This document shows, in pieces, positions 33,461 to 47,127 of a stretch of 64,000 nucleotides of DNA. The notes beneath the pieces were generated by a model that saw only the letters and a program-made list of their open reading frames with translations, was not told where the DNA came from and did no database searches. This DNA comes from Chrysomallon squamiferum (lineage: Eukaryota > Animalia > Mollusca), in NCBI GenBank assembly GCA_012295275.1, contig CM022672.1, positions 1,612,001 through 1,676,000 on the forward strand. Direction: 5' to 3'. Within the stretch, counting starts at the first letter, position 1. Every line of letters begins with the position of its first letter. The translations under genes were made by a program, and so were the position numbers.

Positions 33461-34891
33461 AAAAAGAAGCACAGAAAGAAAGGAATGATTGAAACAAAAA
33501 AAAAAAAAAAAAAAAAAGGCAATACAGAGGTTTAGCATAAACGTAATCCGTTCACTTATTTGATTACGTACGGACTTTATGGTACGGGTCATGTACGTAA
33601 TTTACTTTCAGTTCAACTTCCACGGAAAGCACAAAGCTCGTATCAAGGAAGGGAAGTAACTATAGCTCTAGAACTCATAAAAAGCTTTATTTGGATATAT
33701 AATATTAGTATATTTAGTTTGAACATGTACAAGATAATCAGTGTTCGTGTTACCGAAATCGATCACTGGTTCTCCATAGATTTTGAAAGGAAAATAAATA
33801 CAGACAGATTTTATTCAGATAAATATTCGTAATCTTTTTTCATATCAAATCTCTCAAAGATATATTGGAGTCATTTTTATTTGTTTTTATTGCTGTTTCT
33901 GCTGTTGTATAATTTAATATGAGAATTTTGTTTTTAAAAGTTTTTCACGATGCAGTGATTTGTTACTGCTTCTCTTGTAAAGTATAGTACACGCAGAATT
34001 ATGGAATGGCCAGTATTTTCCTGTGCTAACAAATAAATGTTCTGTCGATGTCTTAGCATGAAGCAAATCAACATCTTACGGCAATATAAGCACATACTGG
34101 TTTGAATTTAGCACCCGAAATTGTAATCTCGTTCAGCCAACGGTACAACGGTACATAATTCCAATCACATCTTTTTTTGGAGAAAACGGAGTCTGTCTTT
34201 GGCGATTATTTATGTGAAACCATGCAAGAAAATGCAAGTTTAAAAGCACTAATAAAGATAATAAAAGAAAATCATAAAAACCAAGACTTACTCATTATAA
34301 TGTTGCTTTAACATACTGAAATGCACACGTATAAGTGCTTCGCTATTCGTAAACACGTACGTATCTGCTTGTCCCTCATCGAGGAAATCTCGCGAGAAAA
34401 GACGATATCGGTTCGGTAGGTGAAAGTTACATCTATGCTCAACCCCGATAATATGTGTATAATACAACCCTTACAAAAAAAAAAAAAAAAAAATAATAAT
34501 AATAAAAAAAAAAGAAAAAAAAAAGAATAAAACAAACAAAAAATATACTTTGTACGACTCTCTAAGTAAAGAACCTAATAAAGGAATATATTTGAAAATT
34601 CAGTCTACTCTGTTACAAAGCCAGTAAAAGAAAAACCCTAAAGAAGTAAAGAACTAAGAAGAAAACGAGTAAGCGAGAAAGAACAGAAGAAAAGAAGGAA
34701 CAAGAATATTGTTCTACTAATTATATAAAACAGATTTATAATTTAAGAAACTGATAGAAAAAAAAAAATTAAATTAAAAAAAAAATACAAGAAAAGATGA
34801 TGATCTAAAATAATAAAAGAAACAAAAAAGACAAAAGACAAACCCAAAACAAAACAGAGAACAATGAGAAAAGTACTTAAAATAAACTCAC

Positions 34892-34976
34892 TTTGTCCTG
34901 AACTCTGCGATGGAGAAAAATTCCGGTTAAAGCTGAAAGATTGTACAGAATGGTGAACACCAAGCGGTGTTTTATA
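34892..34976 (-). promoter_or_regulatory. Probable TATA-box promoter and non-coding exon 1 of the NKY gene
   Basis: Minus-strand TATAAAA at ~34970-34976, an Inr-like TTTCAGC ~35 nt downstream, and donor AAA|GTGAGT at 34892/34891. The coding exon has only 15 nt of UTR after its acceptor, so an upstream exon is required. Confidence 0.55.
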
Positions 34977-36437
34977 GAATATCGGTGCTGTTGCTGTCGA
35001 AGGCGTCGCCCACGTGAACCAGCCTCTGACAGGAAGAGAGGCAGGACCAAAGTGAAAACTGTAAGAAGGCGGGGTGACTGGAATGTTCCATTTGTAATCG
35101 CAAAGAGACTTCTGTATTGGTGAATTCGTTCTGAATATGAAGAACGAAGGTGGAAATCATAAATGCGACATTTTCTTTTAATTTAATTTCTACCTCTTTA
35201 AAAAAAAAAAAAAAAAAAAAAATTAAAAAATTAAAATAAAATAAAAATAAACGTTTTTTGTTGTACTTTTTGTTTAATTAATTATTCATTAAAAAAATGA
35301 AAACGCTTCTCCAGTATGTAGGTAGGTAGGTAGGTATGTGTTTATGTGCGCGTTTCTGTGATTGTGTCGTTGGGTGTATGTATGTACGGATGTATGTGTG
35401 CATGTATGTATGTAAATATGTATTCTAATTAAGGTCAAGGTATGATCGTATAAATTTAAATTTAATCTTTGTTATCCCGAATTCTTTTTAATAATTGTCT
35501 ATTAACGTGAGCATGTAAGCAAATTATTTTATTAATGTTTTGAAACCGTCGTAGAGCAATTGCACATCCTAGAAGTTTACCTCGAATTAATGCAAAAACA
35601 AATAAAAAAAAATTATCTTCAGGACTTTTTAAAAATCAACCAATTAGAAACTGGATAAAAAAAAAAAATAATAATAATAATAAATAAAAAATAATATATA
35701 TTTTTTAAAATAAGAAGAAAGAAAAAGAAAAAAAATGAAAAAAAGGTAGGTAAAAAAACCCTTAACACCGGCATTAGAAGCTTCAAAACCTGTTTTTCTA
35801 ATTGCTTTGCTTTTGCAGTCTCCGGCACTTATAAGTTATAGAAATTAATAGATGCGAAAAATATTATTCTAATAATCGCAAATTGAAGAGAAAAATTGCA
35901 GAGCCCATTATGTGTACTCGACTCGCAGTTTCTAATAGAGCGAGTTTCGTGACGTGACTACTGTGACGTTGTTGAGGTCGCTGTAGTCGTACTTATGAGC
36001 GACGACTGTTCCGGAATGACAAGACGCATTACTGAGACAGGATTGATTTGTTTCGACTGGAATATTTTGTAACATTCGCTGAACAAAAACGATCTGTTAC
36101 CTCACATGTCTTTTTCCACATCTCAGAATCCCAGTTTACTCTTATTTAATGAGGATTTAACAAATTAGTCATTATAAATGCAAGACATACAGTTCAGAAA
36201 TCATAGAAAATTTATTTATTTCTATTTTTTACCTTTCTAGATTTACGAAATTCCACTGAAGTACTTTCTAAATTCTTTCCAAATTAACATTGTTAAATTC
36301 CGCTCACTGAAGGAAAACGTTTATTATATATTTTCTGTTTTCTAAATTGATGTAGTCTGCCATAGTGTGACGTCATTAGGCGACACGTTTTGTATTTTTT
36401 GAAAAACCAGCCTCGGTTGTCATTATTCAAAATTTGG

Positions 36438-36527
36438 ATAGATAGATAGATAGACAGATAGATAGATAGACAGCCAGGCAGACAGACAGATAGATACATA
36501 GATACATAGATACATAGACAGACAGAC

Positions 36528-36609
<82 letters not shown>

Positions 36610-36633
36610 GTACATACATACATACACAGATAC

Positions 36634-36672
<39 letters not shown>

Positions 36673-36705
36673 TATAAAGACTTATAAAGAGAGATATGGA
36701 AAGAT

Positions 36706-36763
<58 letters not shown>

Positions 36764-36810
36764 CGAGTCTAAAATTATGGTCAGACAACAGTGAAAGAAG
36801 AGAAGATTAT
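36438..36810 (-). repeat. (GATA)n and (GA)n microsatellites plus inverted copy 2 of the ~46-bp dispersed repeat
   Basis: gagtctaaaattatggtcagacaacagtgaaagaagagaagattat (36765-36810) is the reverse complement of 27893-27938 with one mismatch. Confidence 0.85.
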
Positions 36811-36970
36811 TTTTGAATAAATCGATAGATTTATCATTTCATTCGTTCAGGTATCACACCTATTACCTGCGAATGATGATACACGATAAGAAACCCGCCA
36901 CCACTATGCCTTGGGTTAGCACTATCGATCAACACCAACATATCTTTCATAACACACACAGAGAAAATTT

Positions 36971-37282
36971 CAGGTTCAGATTCCTTTGTCCGAAATACCT
37001 GAACTGGGAAGTGTTTCGGATTTTGGAATATGAGGAGATAGCCTGAGTATAGGATCTAAGTCTAAACACAAAATCCATTTATATTTCATTTACAAACAGT
37101 CCTCAGTATTTTTTTTTTAGATTTTTTTTTTGTATTATTATTTGATGCATAAAATAAAGTTAGTGTATGCTATACAATATAAAGAAAACTCTAACATATC
37201 ACTGTTTCTGACTCTCGTAAAAGGTTTCGGATTTCGAAGTTTTTCGGATTTCGGGAATTTCGGACAAGGGATCCTCAACTTG
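36971..37282. mobile_element. Non-autonomous Tc1-mariner pogo/Tigger-type MITE (Tigger4/MER46-like), 312 bp
   Basis: Imperfect ~26-bp TIRs: CAGGTTCAGATTCCTTTGTCCGAAAT versus reverse-complemented 3' end CAAGTTGAGGATCCCTTGTCCGAAAT. TA follows the 3' end. Repeated internal TTTCGGATTT motifs; no ORF. Confidence 0.8.
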
Positions 37283-37782
37283 TATTTCAAAACCGTCATG
37301 CCATAATCAATGAAAGGCAAGTCGTGGAGCTACGGTTGGAACAGGATATAGGCCGAGTCCACGTTAATGATGTTTGATCCTCTGTTTCTAGTTGTGACCA
37401 TAAACGTATTATTAGAGTAGGTAATCGTGTTAAAGGTACAAACAAATCTGTTTCAGAAAATAAATATAATATCAGTGACACTTTGCTTTGTAAGGATCGA
37501 AAGCAAAGAGTTTCTCTGATCATATATCATAACTTAAATAGAAATACTCGATTCTGAATAACGTCAGAAGACTTTCTGTAATTCAGACCTGATGGGAAGC
37601 AAATATAATATTATGTTAAGAAACGACGTTGCATATACTATGAATTAAAGGGTAAAAAAAATTACTTCTTCCTATTATTATTTTTTCTTGCTTTCTTTTT
37701 ATCTACAAGGATCTGTTATTTCTTTTCTTCACTTTTAATTTTTATTTTATTTTAATGTTATTTTATTTTTTATTACTATTAC

Positions 37783-37820
<38 letters not shown>

Positions 37821-39071
37821 TAATTATCAATATAATAATAATAATACTATAAAAAATAACTAAAATAAAAATTAAAAGATAAATAAATAAAAGGATTAAG
37901 AAATATTATTTAATTTTTTTATTTTCTATTGAATACATGAATTAAAAGCACTGCTGATCATTTGGTTTTTATTTGTTTTCGAAAGAATTTAATTTTCAGA
38001 AAATAATTTGTGAAATCAGAAAATCAATTTACTTTGAATTACGTCTATTTCTCTGTTGAAACTTTTCATTCTGTTTCTTTTTTTAAGCGATTTTCTTTTT
38101 CTTTCTTGTCAGTTAAGTTGGATTTTAGTTGTTTATTGGTAGCAGTAGTAGTAGCAGTAGCAGTAGTAGTAGCAGCAGCAGTAGTAGTAGCAGCAGCAGT
38201 AGTAGTAGTAATAGTAGTATTGCTTCATTTATTTATTTACTTATTTATTTATCTTTTCTGTGTTTTTTTTTTTTTTCTCTCTCTCTCTCTTTTTTCTTTG
38301 TTTCTGCTTTCTTATTTGTCTTGGTGGATTTATTTGGTTCTTTTTTATTTTATTTTGTTTTTGTTGTGTTTCTTTTTAAAATTTGGTTTTAGTTTATTAT
38401 TTCTCAATGTTCTTTTTATTATTTATTTATTCATTTACTTATTTACTTACTTACTTATTTGTTTATTTGTTAATTTTATTAAGCAACGTCTGACATTTGA
38501 GCGAGCTCTTTTTAACAACATCAACACAACCATAACAACAACTGCAGAAGTGAGATGCGACATTTTTGAAGAAAAGCTCCACCGTACAATGAATAAATAA
38601 ATAAATTAACCCGCACGCATTTCCGATTCCGACTTTTAGGATAATTATAACTTGGCTTTTGTCCTGCTGATGTATAATGATTTATTTACAAACACAACAT
38701 CGCGTTCGTTTAATTATTTTTAGTGTCATTTCTTGTCGTTCTCGGCCGTTCATTAAATGCTTTCCCATGCGAGTCGCCTTTGTTAAAGAAAGGATATCGA
38801 TGCACGCCGTTCTATTCTGTAGAAATTATATTAATCTTTCGCCATTTGTTGATTATTCGGTTTTAGTGTTAAAGTAATAAAAACAGAAATATAAGAAAAA
38901 ATATTATATATATATACAACAAAGCTGGACAGTCTTTTATCTGGTATAAACGTTTAACAAATATTGTTAGTATAGTTGTTATCAAGCTTCCGAATACCGT
39001 AAATGCTGGAAGAGAATTTTGGTTTTCTTTTTTTTCTCATCATCTTCTTCTTCCTTTTTTTTTTTCTTCTT

Positions 39072-39131
<60 letters not shown>

Positions 39132-39190
39132 GTTGTTGTTGCTGTGTTTATTGTGTTGTTTCTTTGTTTCTTCTTTATTTTATTTTACTT

Positions 39191-39228
<38 letters not shown>

Positions 39229-39818
39229 TTAATAATATTGCCTTTATATTTGTTTTTAATTTTTTATCAGTATATTTTTCTTGCAAAATTTTCAACAAGT
39301 TTTAACAGATTTCTTTAACGAATAAAGATTGTCTTTCAATGTTTGTTATCCTGTGCAATCCATGGTTTTAAAAATTACATTATACAAGTTACATTATACA
39401 ACGTATGCAATATTTTAAAACAAAAATTTCCACAACGGATATTAAAAGAATTTATTTTTTCAATTCCTATACACGCCGTAATTTCAAGACAGGGTTAAAT
39501 TCTAGTCGGTCTTCCAACAAAGTATTTACGGTAACTAATATACAGACAGAAACGACTGTATGTATGTGATTACTTGTATGTTTAATTGTCTTTTATTTAT
39601 ATTCCAAATTTTAAACGTAAAACAATAAATTAATCTACAAAAAAAGGGATATATTGCAGTAGTATATGAATTTCATTTGATATTTTTTATTATTATTCTT
39701 TTCTTATTTCCTTTGTGCATAAAATTAATTATTTTTATTTTCTTTCTATTAGTCTTTGAGATGTGTATATGTGTGTCTGTGAATCTGTGTGTGTGGACAG
39801 ATAGATAGGTAATAGATA

Positions 39819-39873
<55 letters not shown>

Positions 39874-40747
39874 TTTGAAATATGTAATAAACAAATAATG
39901 TAAAAGCCACAACAACAACAAAACAAAACAAAAAAAAAAAGAAGAAGAAGAAAGAAACCCCCAAAAGAAGGGGGAAAAGTAAAAATGATAATAAATGATG
40001 GTTCGTAGGAGGATGAGGGTGTAAATAATTACCATAATTTATCACACATTAGCTTGGACGTACCTGTTTCCGTCATCTTCTCAATACCACTATGCAACGG
40101 ATGTCCAAGTTACTTCGGCGTCTAATGTTGATTTTTCACAAGCGTACGAAAACGACATTAATCCCATATTGAAAAGAAAACTCCAAGAAAGGAGTCATTA
40201 CTTTTCCGAGCTGACCTTTTAATCACCAGAATTACCTGAAGAGTCCCTAATAATATGAAAATGTTTCAGAGAAAACCATTCTCGGCTGTGAACAAATAGA
40301 TTTGTGAAAAGTCAGTGACACGTGTGTGTCTCCGCGCGTTGTTTTTACCAATCGTGGCGGAAAGGATTAAAATTGTCTTTTGTTTCGCCGTAAAACGCAG
40401 AATTAAGATGGATATTTTCCCCCTAAAACTGCCAGGTGATCAGCGTTAAAAGATTTTCTGCTTTACTCATTGACGTTCGTAATATATTTGAAATGGCTCT
40501 TAAGATCTTTACTTTCCATTTGTTTTCATTTCCATTATTAATGTATTTCCTTATAGTGCTTTCTTTCTTAGTCTCTGTCTTTTCTTGTTGTTTTATTTTT
40601 TTTCTCCCTTTTCCCTCATGTTATAATTTATGGATACCGAAACGCGAAGTGTACTAAGAACAAAAATGTCATTCTTCCGCGATATCTCACCACTGCACCA
40701 CCAATCATCTGTACAGAAACAGAAACACACACATATACTTACATACG

Positions 40748-40785
<38 letters not shown>

Positions 40786-40804
40786 TACACACACATTTGT
40801 ACAA

Positions 40805-40945
40805 ATATTATTATTATACATACATACATTTATACAGTTATATTTATACATACATACATTTATACAGTTATATTTATACATACATACATTTATACAGTTA
40901 TATTTATACATACATACATTTATACAGTTATATTTATACATACAT
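40805..40945. repeat. 30-bp tandem repeat (TATACAGTTATATTTATACATACATACATT), ~4.5 copies
   Basis: Directly visible, near-perfect units. Confidence 0.9.
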
Positions 40946-42396
40946 ATATGCCTCTACAGAGTACCTATGTACTTACAGATATGTTCATACCTACACACAC
41001 ACACACACACACACACATTAGTACATAAATATACACTATTTGATCAACTTTAATTAATAAAATATTGAAATGCATTTTTACTGAACAAGTCATATTTTCT
41101 TTTCAATTAACTGATAAATACTGGTCTTGCCGGTCTAATAAAATTTGCTTGTTAAGAAAACCTTCCTCTATCTTTGAAACACTTCTAAATAATCAATCTA
41201 GATTTCATTAAGCTTAAGATTTTACTGCCATACTGAACAAGACATGGGAATGGTCAACTTTTGCCTTCTGTCTGTCGTATTAGTGATTTGGTGAGGAAGG
41301 ATCACAGAGACAAACCAAATCTTTGGTGCATTTCCTACAGCACACTGAACTTGGAAAACGTGTCTTGTTAGAACTTATGGATTATTATCCCGTTCTAACT
41401 TGTCCCATAAATCTGGTACATCAGTATTTTGGTGTAATATGCCAGTTTTAAATTTATATATATTATTTTTTTTTTTAAGTGGAAATTATTTTTTTTTCTT
41501 CTTTCTTTCTTAGCATAAAAAATATCTTTTAAAGAACATTTTTTGCTGGTCGTAGTTGAATAAATAAGTAAACAGTAAAGTTTGAAGAATTAAACCAATT
41601 TTTCCTTTAGCAGAAAAAATTAGATTTCTTTAATTTTATTACATTGTATTATTAGTTTGTTGTTGTAGCAGTTAGAGTAGAAGTAGTAACAGTAGTAATA
41701 GTAACAGTACTAGGAGTAGTACTAATAGTTGTTATAATAGTATTACAAGTAGCAATAGTAACTTGTAATATTATTAACAGATGTAGCAGTAACACTAGTA
41801 ATAATAGTCATAGTAGTATAGTTGTAATAAATGTACCCACTAATACTAATAGTAATAGTAATAGTTGTAATAGTGTAGTTGTAGTTGTAGTAGTATTAAG
41901 ATATGTAGCAGTAATAGTAGTAGTAATAATTGAATTAGTATACTGGTAGTTGTAGTAATAGATGTGGCAGTAGATTTGTAGTAGTAATTGATGATGTTAG
42001 TATTCTTGTAATATTATGTCATTTATAATCCAGTTACTTGAATAATTCATGTCATTAATATTAACATTCTGATTACCTTGCTAAAGTAAGTTTCATTCTT
42101 TGGGAAGATCAAAAACATAAATCTAAAATATAATTTGCTGTTAAGAAAAAAAAAAGATAGAAATGTGTGGCTACAGCAGATATCTCTATGTATATTATGT
42201 GTGTGATTCTTGGCTATGCATTTGGGGCCATATAAAGCATATATAAAAAACTGTTAAAAAATTTCACCGACTTAAAAGTGTGGTTAGAAATATGTAGGTT
42301 TGTGTGTGATGTGTGTATAATATCTACATACCTTTGCAATGATGTGGGTCTAAACAGATATATTTTATTACAGAACTTTTGCTTTTTGACTTCTAT

Positions 42397-42427
<31 letters not shown>

Positions 42428-44186
42428 TTCAGTCAGTAACAACAAGAATGTTGTAACTGTTATCATAAAACAGCAAAACACCTCAGTGATTTCAGAACTG
42501 TTAGAGCCTCTTTCAAAATACTGGATTTGTTTAAAATATTGAATTTACTTATTTGTTACTGGATTTTTTTTTTATTATTATTTTTTCTTTCCTTTTTTCT
42601 TTAATTATTTATTTTTATTTTTATTATTTTTATTATTTAAAAAAAAAAATCTAAATTCATAATTTTTATTTTTTTTTTTTTTTTTTTGAAAAATACTGAA
42701 ATTAAAGATTTTTCACATACAGATATTGGAGAGGCTATTGACATTTGAAACAGTTTTCAAAGGATAAGAAACATGGACAACAAGTCTTCATTTCTGAAAC
42801 TGTGATAAATATTTCATTAGTTTTAAATTTTAAAAAAATAGAATCACTGAAATAATAATAACTGAAATATCTCCTATAAACTGCTAGTCTTTTAATTTAT
42901 TTGTTTTATTTACTTTGTTGTTTATTTATTTATTTGTTTGTTCTATTTATTTATTTGTTTGTTCTATTTATTTATTTGAAAGTTCTGTCTACAGATTAAT
43001 GAAACAAAAATCTGCATGAGAAGAAACAGTTTCCGACATTTAACTAAATATTATTCCCACTACAAAGAAGAAGAACAACAACAAACGATATAAAATCAAA
43101 CACTTTCTTTTTATTACTTGTACAGTTCTGTATAAAAAGTTCACAAACATCTCCTATATTAAATACTATGGAATGTTTACACACTGGTTCATTGTACCAA
43201 ATGGCATTTCTTTTCTTACAATTGTTATAAGATGTAATTTAGATATTATATCTTTGGTGATACTAACAAAAAGTCTAAAAATCAATTTTATATACTTCAA
43301 AAGGATTGCTTGCTTTTTCTATAAGCAGTTATTGCTGAAATAGAAAATAATAATAATAAAACAGCAAGATTGATTCATTTTTCTTTTATGTTACTTCATA
43401 TGTAGAACTGGAAAAAATAAATAAAAATAAATAAAAAATAATAATAATAAATTGCTAGATCATGGAATAAGAAACAGTTAACTGTCTACAAGAATTTAAA
43501 AAATAATAAGAGATAAAATGATATCTACATGTATCTTTATGAGCTTATTATTGTATATTCAAAAAAACTTCATCAGAAACAAAGCAATATTAAATAACTA
43601 CACAGTAACTGTAGGATATCTATGTGTGTGTGTATATGTATGCACAAAATGTATTTAGACTATATGTAAGTATGATTAAAAATTTACTATAAGAATTATT
43701 CATTTTTGACTAAAGGCAACACATAACTCAATTTGTTATTTAAAAAGTTCCTCATCTTTCATAATCTAAGATGTTCATTGATTTTCATAATACTGTATAA
43801 TACATTTCATTGTTCTTTAACAGAACAATAAATATTAATCAGCAGTATAATTACTTGTGCCATATGATTATTAAAATATTTTTATTATCAAAAATAAATT
43901 TAATTGAAAAAGGTTCAGAAATTAAATTATTTTGTTAATAAACAGAGGTTAAAGAATGTTAAAGGTATTAAATGTTTTATTTTTCTTCAAAATATATACA
44001 TTTTTAATTTGGCAGGTAGTTTTTGCTAATAATAAAGTATGATAATAAAATAACAAGTTTCTATGAATATATGAACCTTGACATTTTTTCTCTTTTCTTT
44101 TTATGATAATTTCTTAAGTGACAATACATTATATAATCTAAATGTATACTCAGTCTGTCAGGGTTTTTTATTTTATTTCTGTGTAA

Positions 44187-44225
<39 letters not shown>

Positions 44226-47127
44226 CATCATCATCATAATTGTTTAAACTTATTTTAACAGTAACTGATAATCAGAAACAAATAAAACAATTCTTTTTTG
44301 AAGTATAAAAAGTGTTTTTGGACACTCCGTTCTTCACTATTTTAACATTAAAATTAGTGTACATAAGTAAATGAAAGAAAATGAGTTTACAAGTGATTTA
44401 TACCATAATAAAGTGCTTTCTAACTTCCACTCACTAAATACAACACACTCAAACCAGTGATAACTTAATGTTTATATACAATATTTTAATAATAAATAAA
44501 TGCTTTCAAAATGGAAATAAATTTTTGTAACTGCAACAAAAAATCATATTATGCAAATGTATTTTCATAATTTAAATATTTGCAGCAAAATATAATATTA
44601 TGCATGCACATATAACTGTGTACAATATTTGCAATGAAATGAAAATTATTATGTTTGCAATCAAGATATCCACAATGAAATTAAATCACATTAGCTTACT
44701 GAAGCTTGCAAAATCAGTTATTTACTAACTGAAAACATTTAACAAAAGTTAATAAATAAATTATGTACAAAACTGTGAATAACAAAGTCAAAAGAACAAA
44801 AAATCTGACAAAAGCAGAAAAGATTTACAAACAAGCAATATAATATATACTAATAATAACAACAGAGAATAAAAACCTTTGGCAAATATAATTCACTGAT
44901 CATATTTTTCTTTTTATCTGTCTGGAAGTAAATATGATAAACACTAACACAAGTAAGTAGCACTCAAGTACAAATGCTGGTTTACGTTTTCATAAATACA
45001 AAATACCACATTTAATGAATTTAAAAAAAAGAAAAAAGAAAAACAGGTCTGGAAAGGCTATGAAAAAAAAGACAAATGAAAAAATAATTTAAAAATTACT
45101 AGTTTAATAAGTAAGGAACTAAAATAAAAAAAATACCAGTTTAATAAACAAATAAATAATAATAATAATGATAGTAGTAATAATAAAAAAAAAAAAAAAA
45201 AATAATAATGAAAAAAAAAAATATATCAATAATAATTGTCAAAGTATATTAATAATTACAAATGAAAAAACCCCTGATAAAACAATAGTAAAATAATAAT
45301 AATGAAAAAAATTATGATTATTAACAGTAATAATAATGTAATAATAATAGTAATAATAATAATAATCATATTTACAAGAGAAATCTCCAGTTTGGATATA
45401 TATATATGTATTCAATAAAGTTTACTATTCCTGGTCTATCACATTTAGCTAGTTCTACAATATTATTTTAATTTTTTTTCCCATCTTTTGCATTGATATA
45501 TATTTTGTAATACATTTATAAAAGTTTGATATTTTTACAATAAAATAAAATAAAACAAAAAATCAGTAAAGAAAAGTCAACACTTTGTTTGCTTGAAGAA
45601 TTTCACATTTAAAAAGATTAAAAAATATAAAAAATTTATAATAATAAAATGATGCATTTTTAAACAATACAAAGATGATCTTTGGCTTACAATTAGAAAC
45701 TAAAAATAATAAAAGGAAAAACAAAATATAATAAAATAAAATTATTTAAAAACTGTGACCCATATATAATAATTATTTCGTTGTTGGTAATTTTAAATAA
45801 AACAGACTTTAATTTTCTTTTTTAACTTTATAACATATATAAAATATAAATATATTGTCCAGCATTTACTATAAAGTTCTTTATATGATTATGATTAAAA
45901 ATATTGAAAATAAAAGTTTATTTCAGAAAATATCATTTCTATATTTCGTTGCTTGAAAATTTATGACATTTTGTGCTTATTTATCTGACTTGTTAAAAAA
46001 TAAAGGAAAAGATAAAAAAAAAAAAAATTAATTTAAAAACTGTATTTCATTGTCTGGATGATGTTAAAAAAACTAATAATTTTTTTTTTTTAATAAAAAA
46101 TTTGAACTAAAACTGACTTTGTATGTATGTATATATGTTAATGTTAACACTTTTCTAAAGGAAATTTACAATAAATAAAAACAAAGAAACCATTGAAAAT
46201 AAAGATGAAACAATATAAATAATCCTGGAATGATCGAGACACAAATGTGTTTTTTTTTGTCTTGTTGACTGAAAGTAATAATCATATATATTATGTATAA
46301 ATAAAAAATAATATATGTATAATATTAAATGACTACATATATCTTACAAATGTAAATGGATATAGAAATTTTATATAAATACAAAGGATTAAAAATGTTT
46401 TGCAGCTCTAAATAAAAAAAGCATCTTATCATAATGATGATATAAAAATATTAACTTACACTTTATACACACATACATATAGAAGTATGTACAAATTACA
46501 AAAATAACATACAAACTAACATACATTACACATATATTCAAACAGATATATATCATTTGTTTCTTAAAGAGAATAATAACAAATGTATGTTTTTTTAACA
46601 TCCAGCTACATTATTTTTTTATAGTCCATTATTATTATTGTTATTATTATTATTATTGTTATTATTGTTATCATTATTATTATTTTTATTACTGATTGTA
46701 CCAGTAGTAGTTGTAGTGGTAATAATAGTAATAGTAAGATGAGGAAGAACAGTAGTGGTCATAGTAGTAGTAGCAGTAGTAGTAGTCACAGTAGTAGCAA
46801 TAAGTAGTAGCAATAAGTTGCAGCAGTAGTGGTAATAGTAGTAGTAGCATTGGTAATAATAGTAATACTTTTTTTATAATAATAGTAGTAGTAGTTTTGG
46901 TAATAATAGTAGTGAAATTTTTATGGTTATAGTAGCAATGGTTGCAATTTTATAACTTATATTTACTTTCTGGTTCAGAATGGCTAATACAGTACGCATA
47001 TAGACTTCTTACACCTATACATCTATTACCAACAAAACATTTCAGAGCTAACACCTATCTAGAGACTTCCATAACAAAGATTTGACCTGAATGTTTATAC
47101 TAACAACAAGCAACACACAACATGTCA

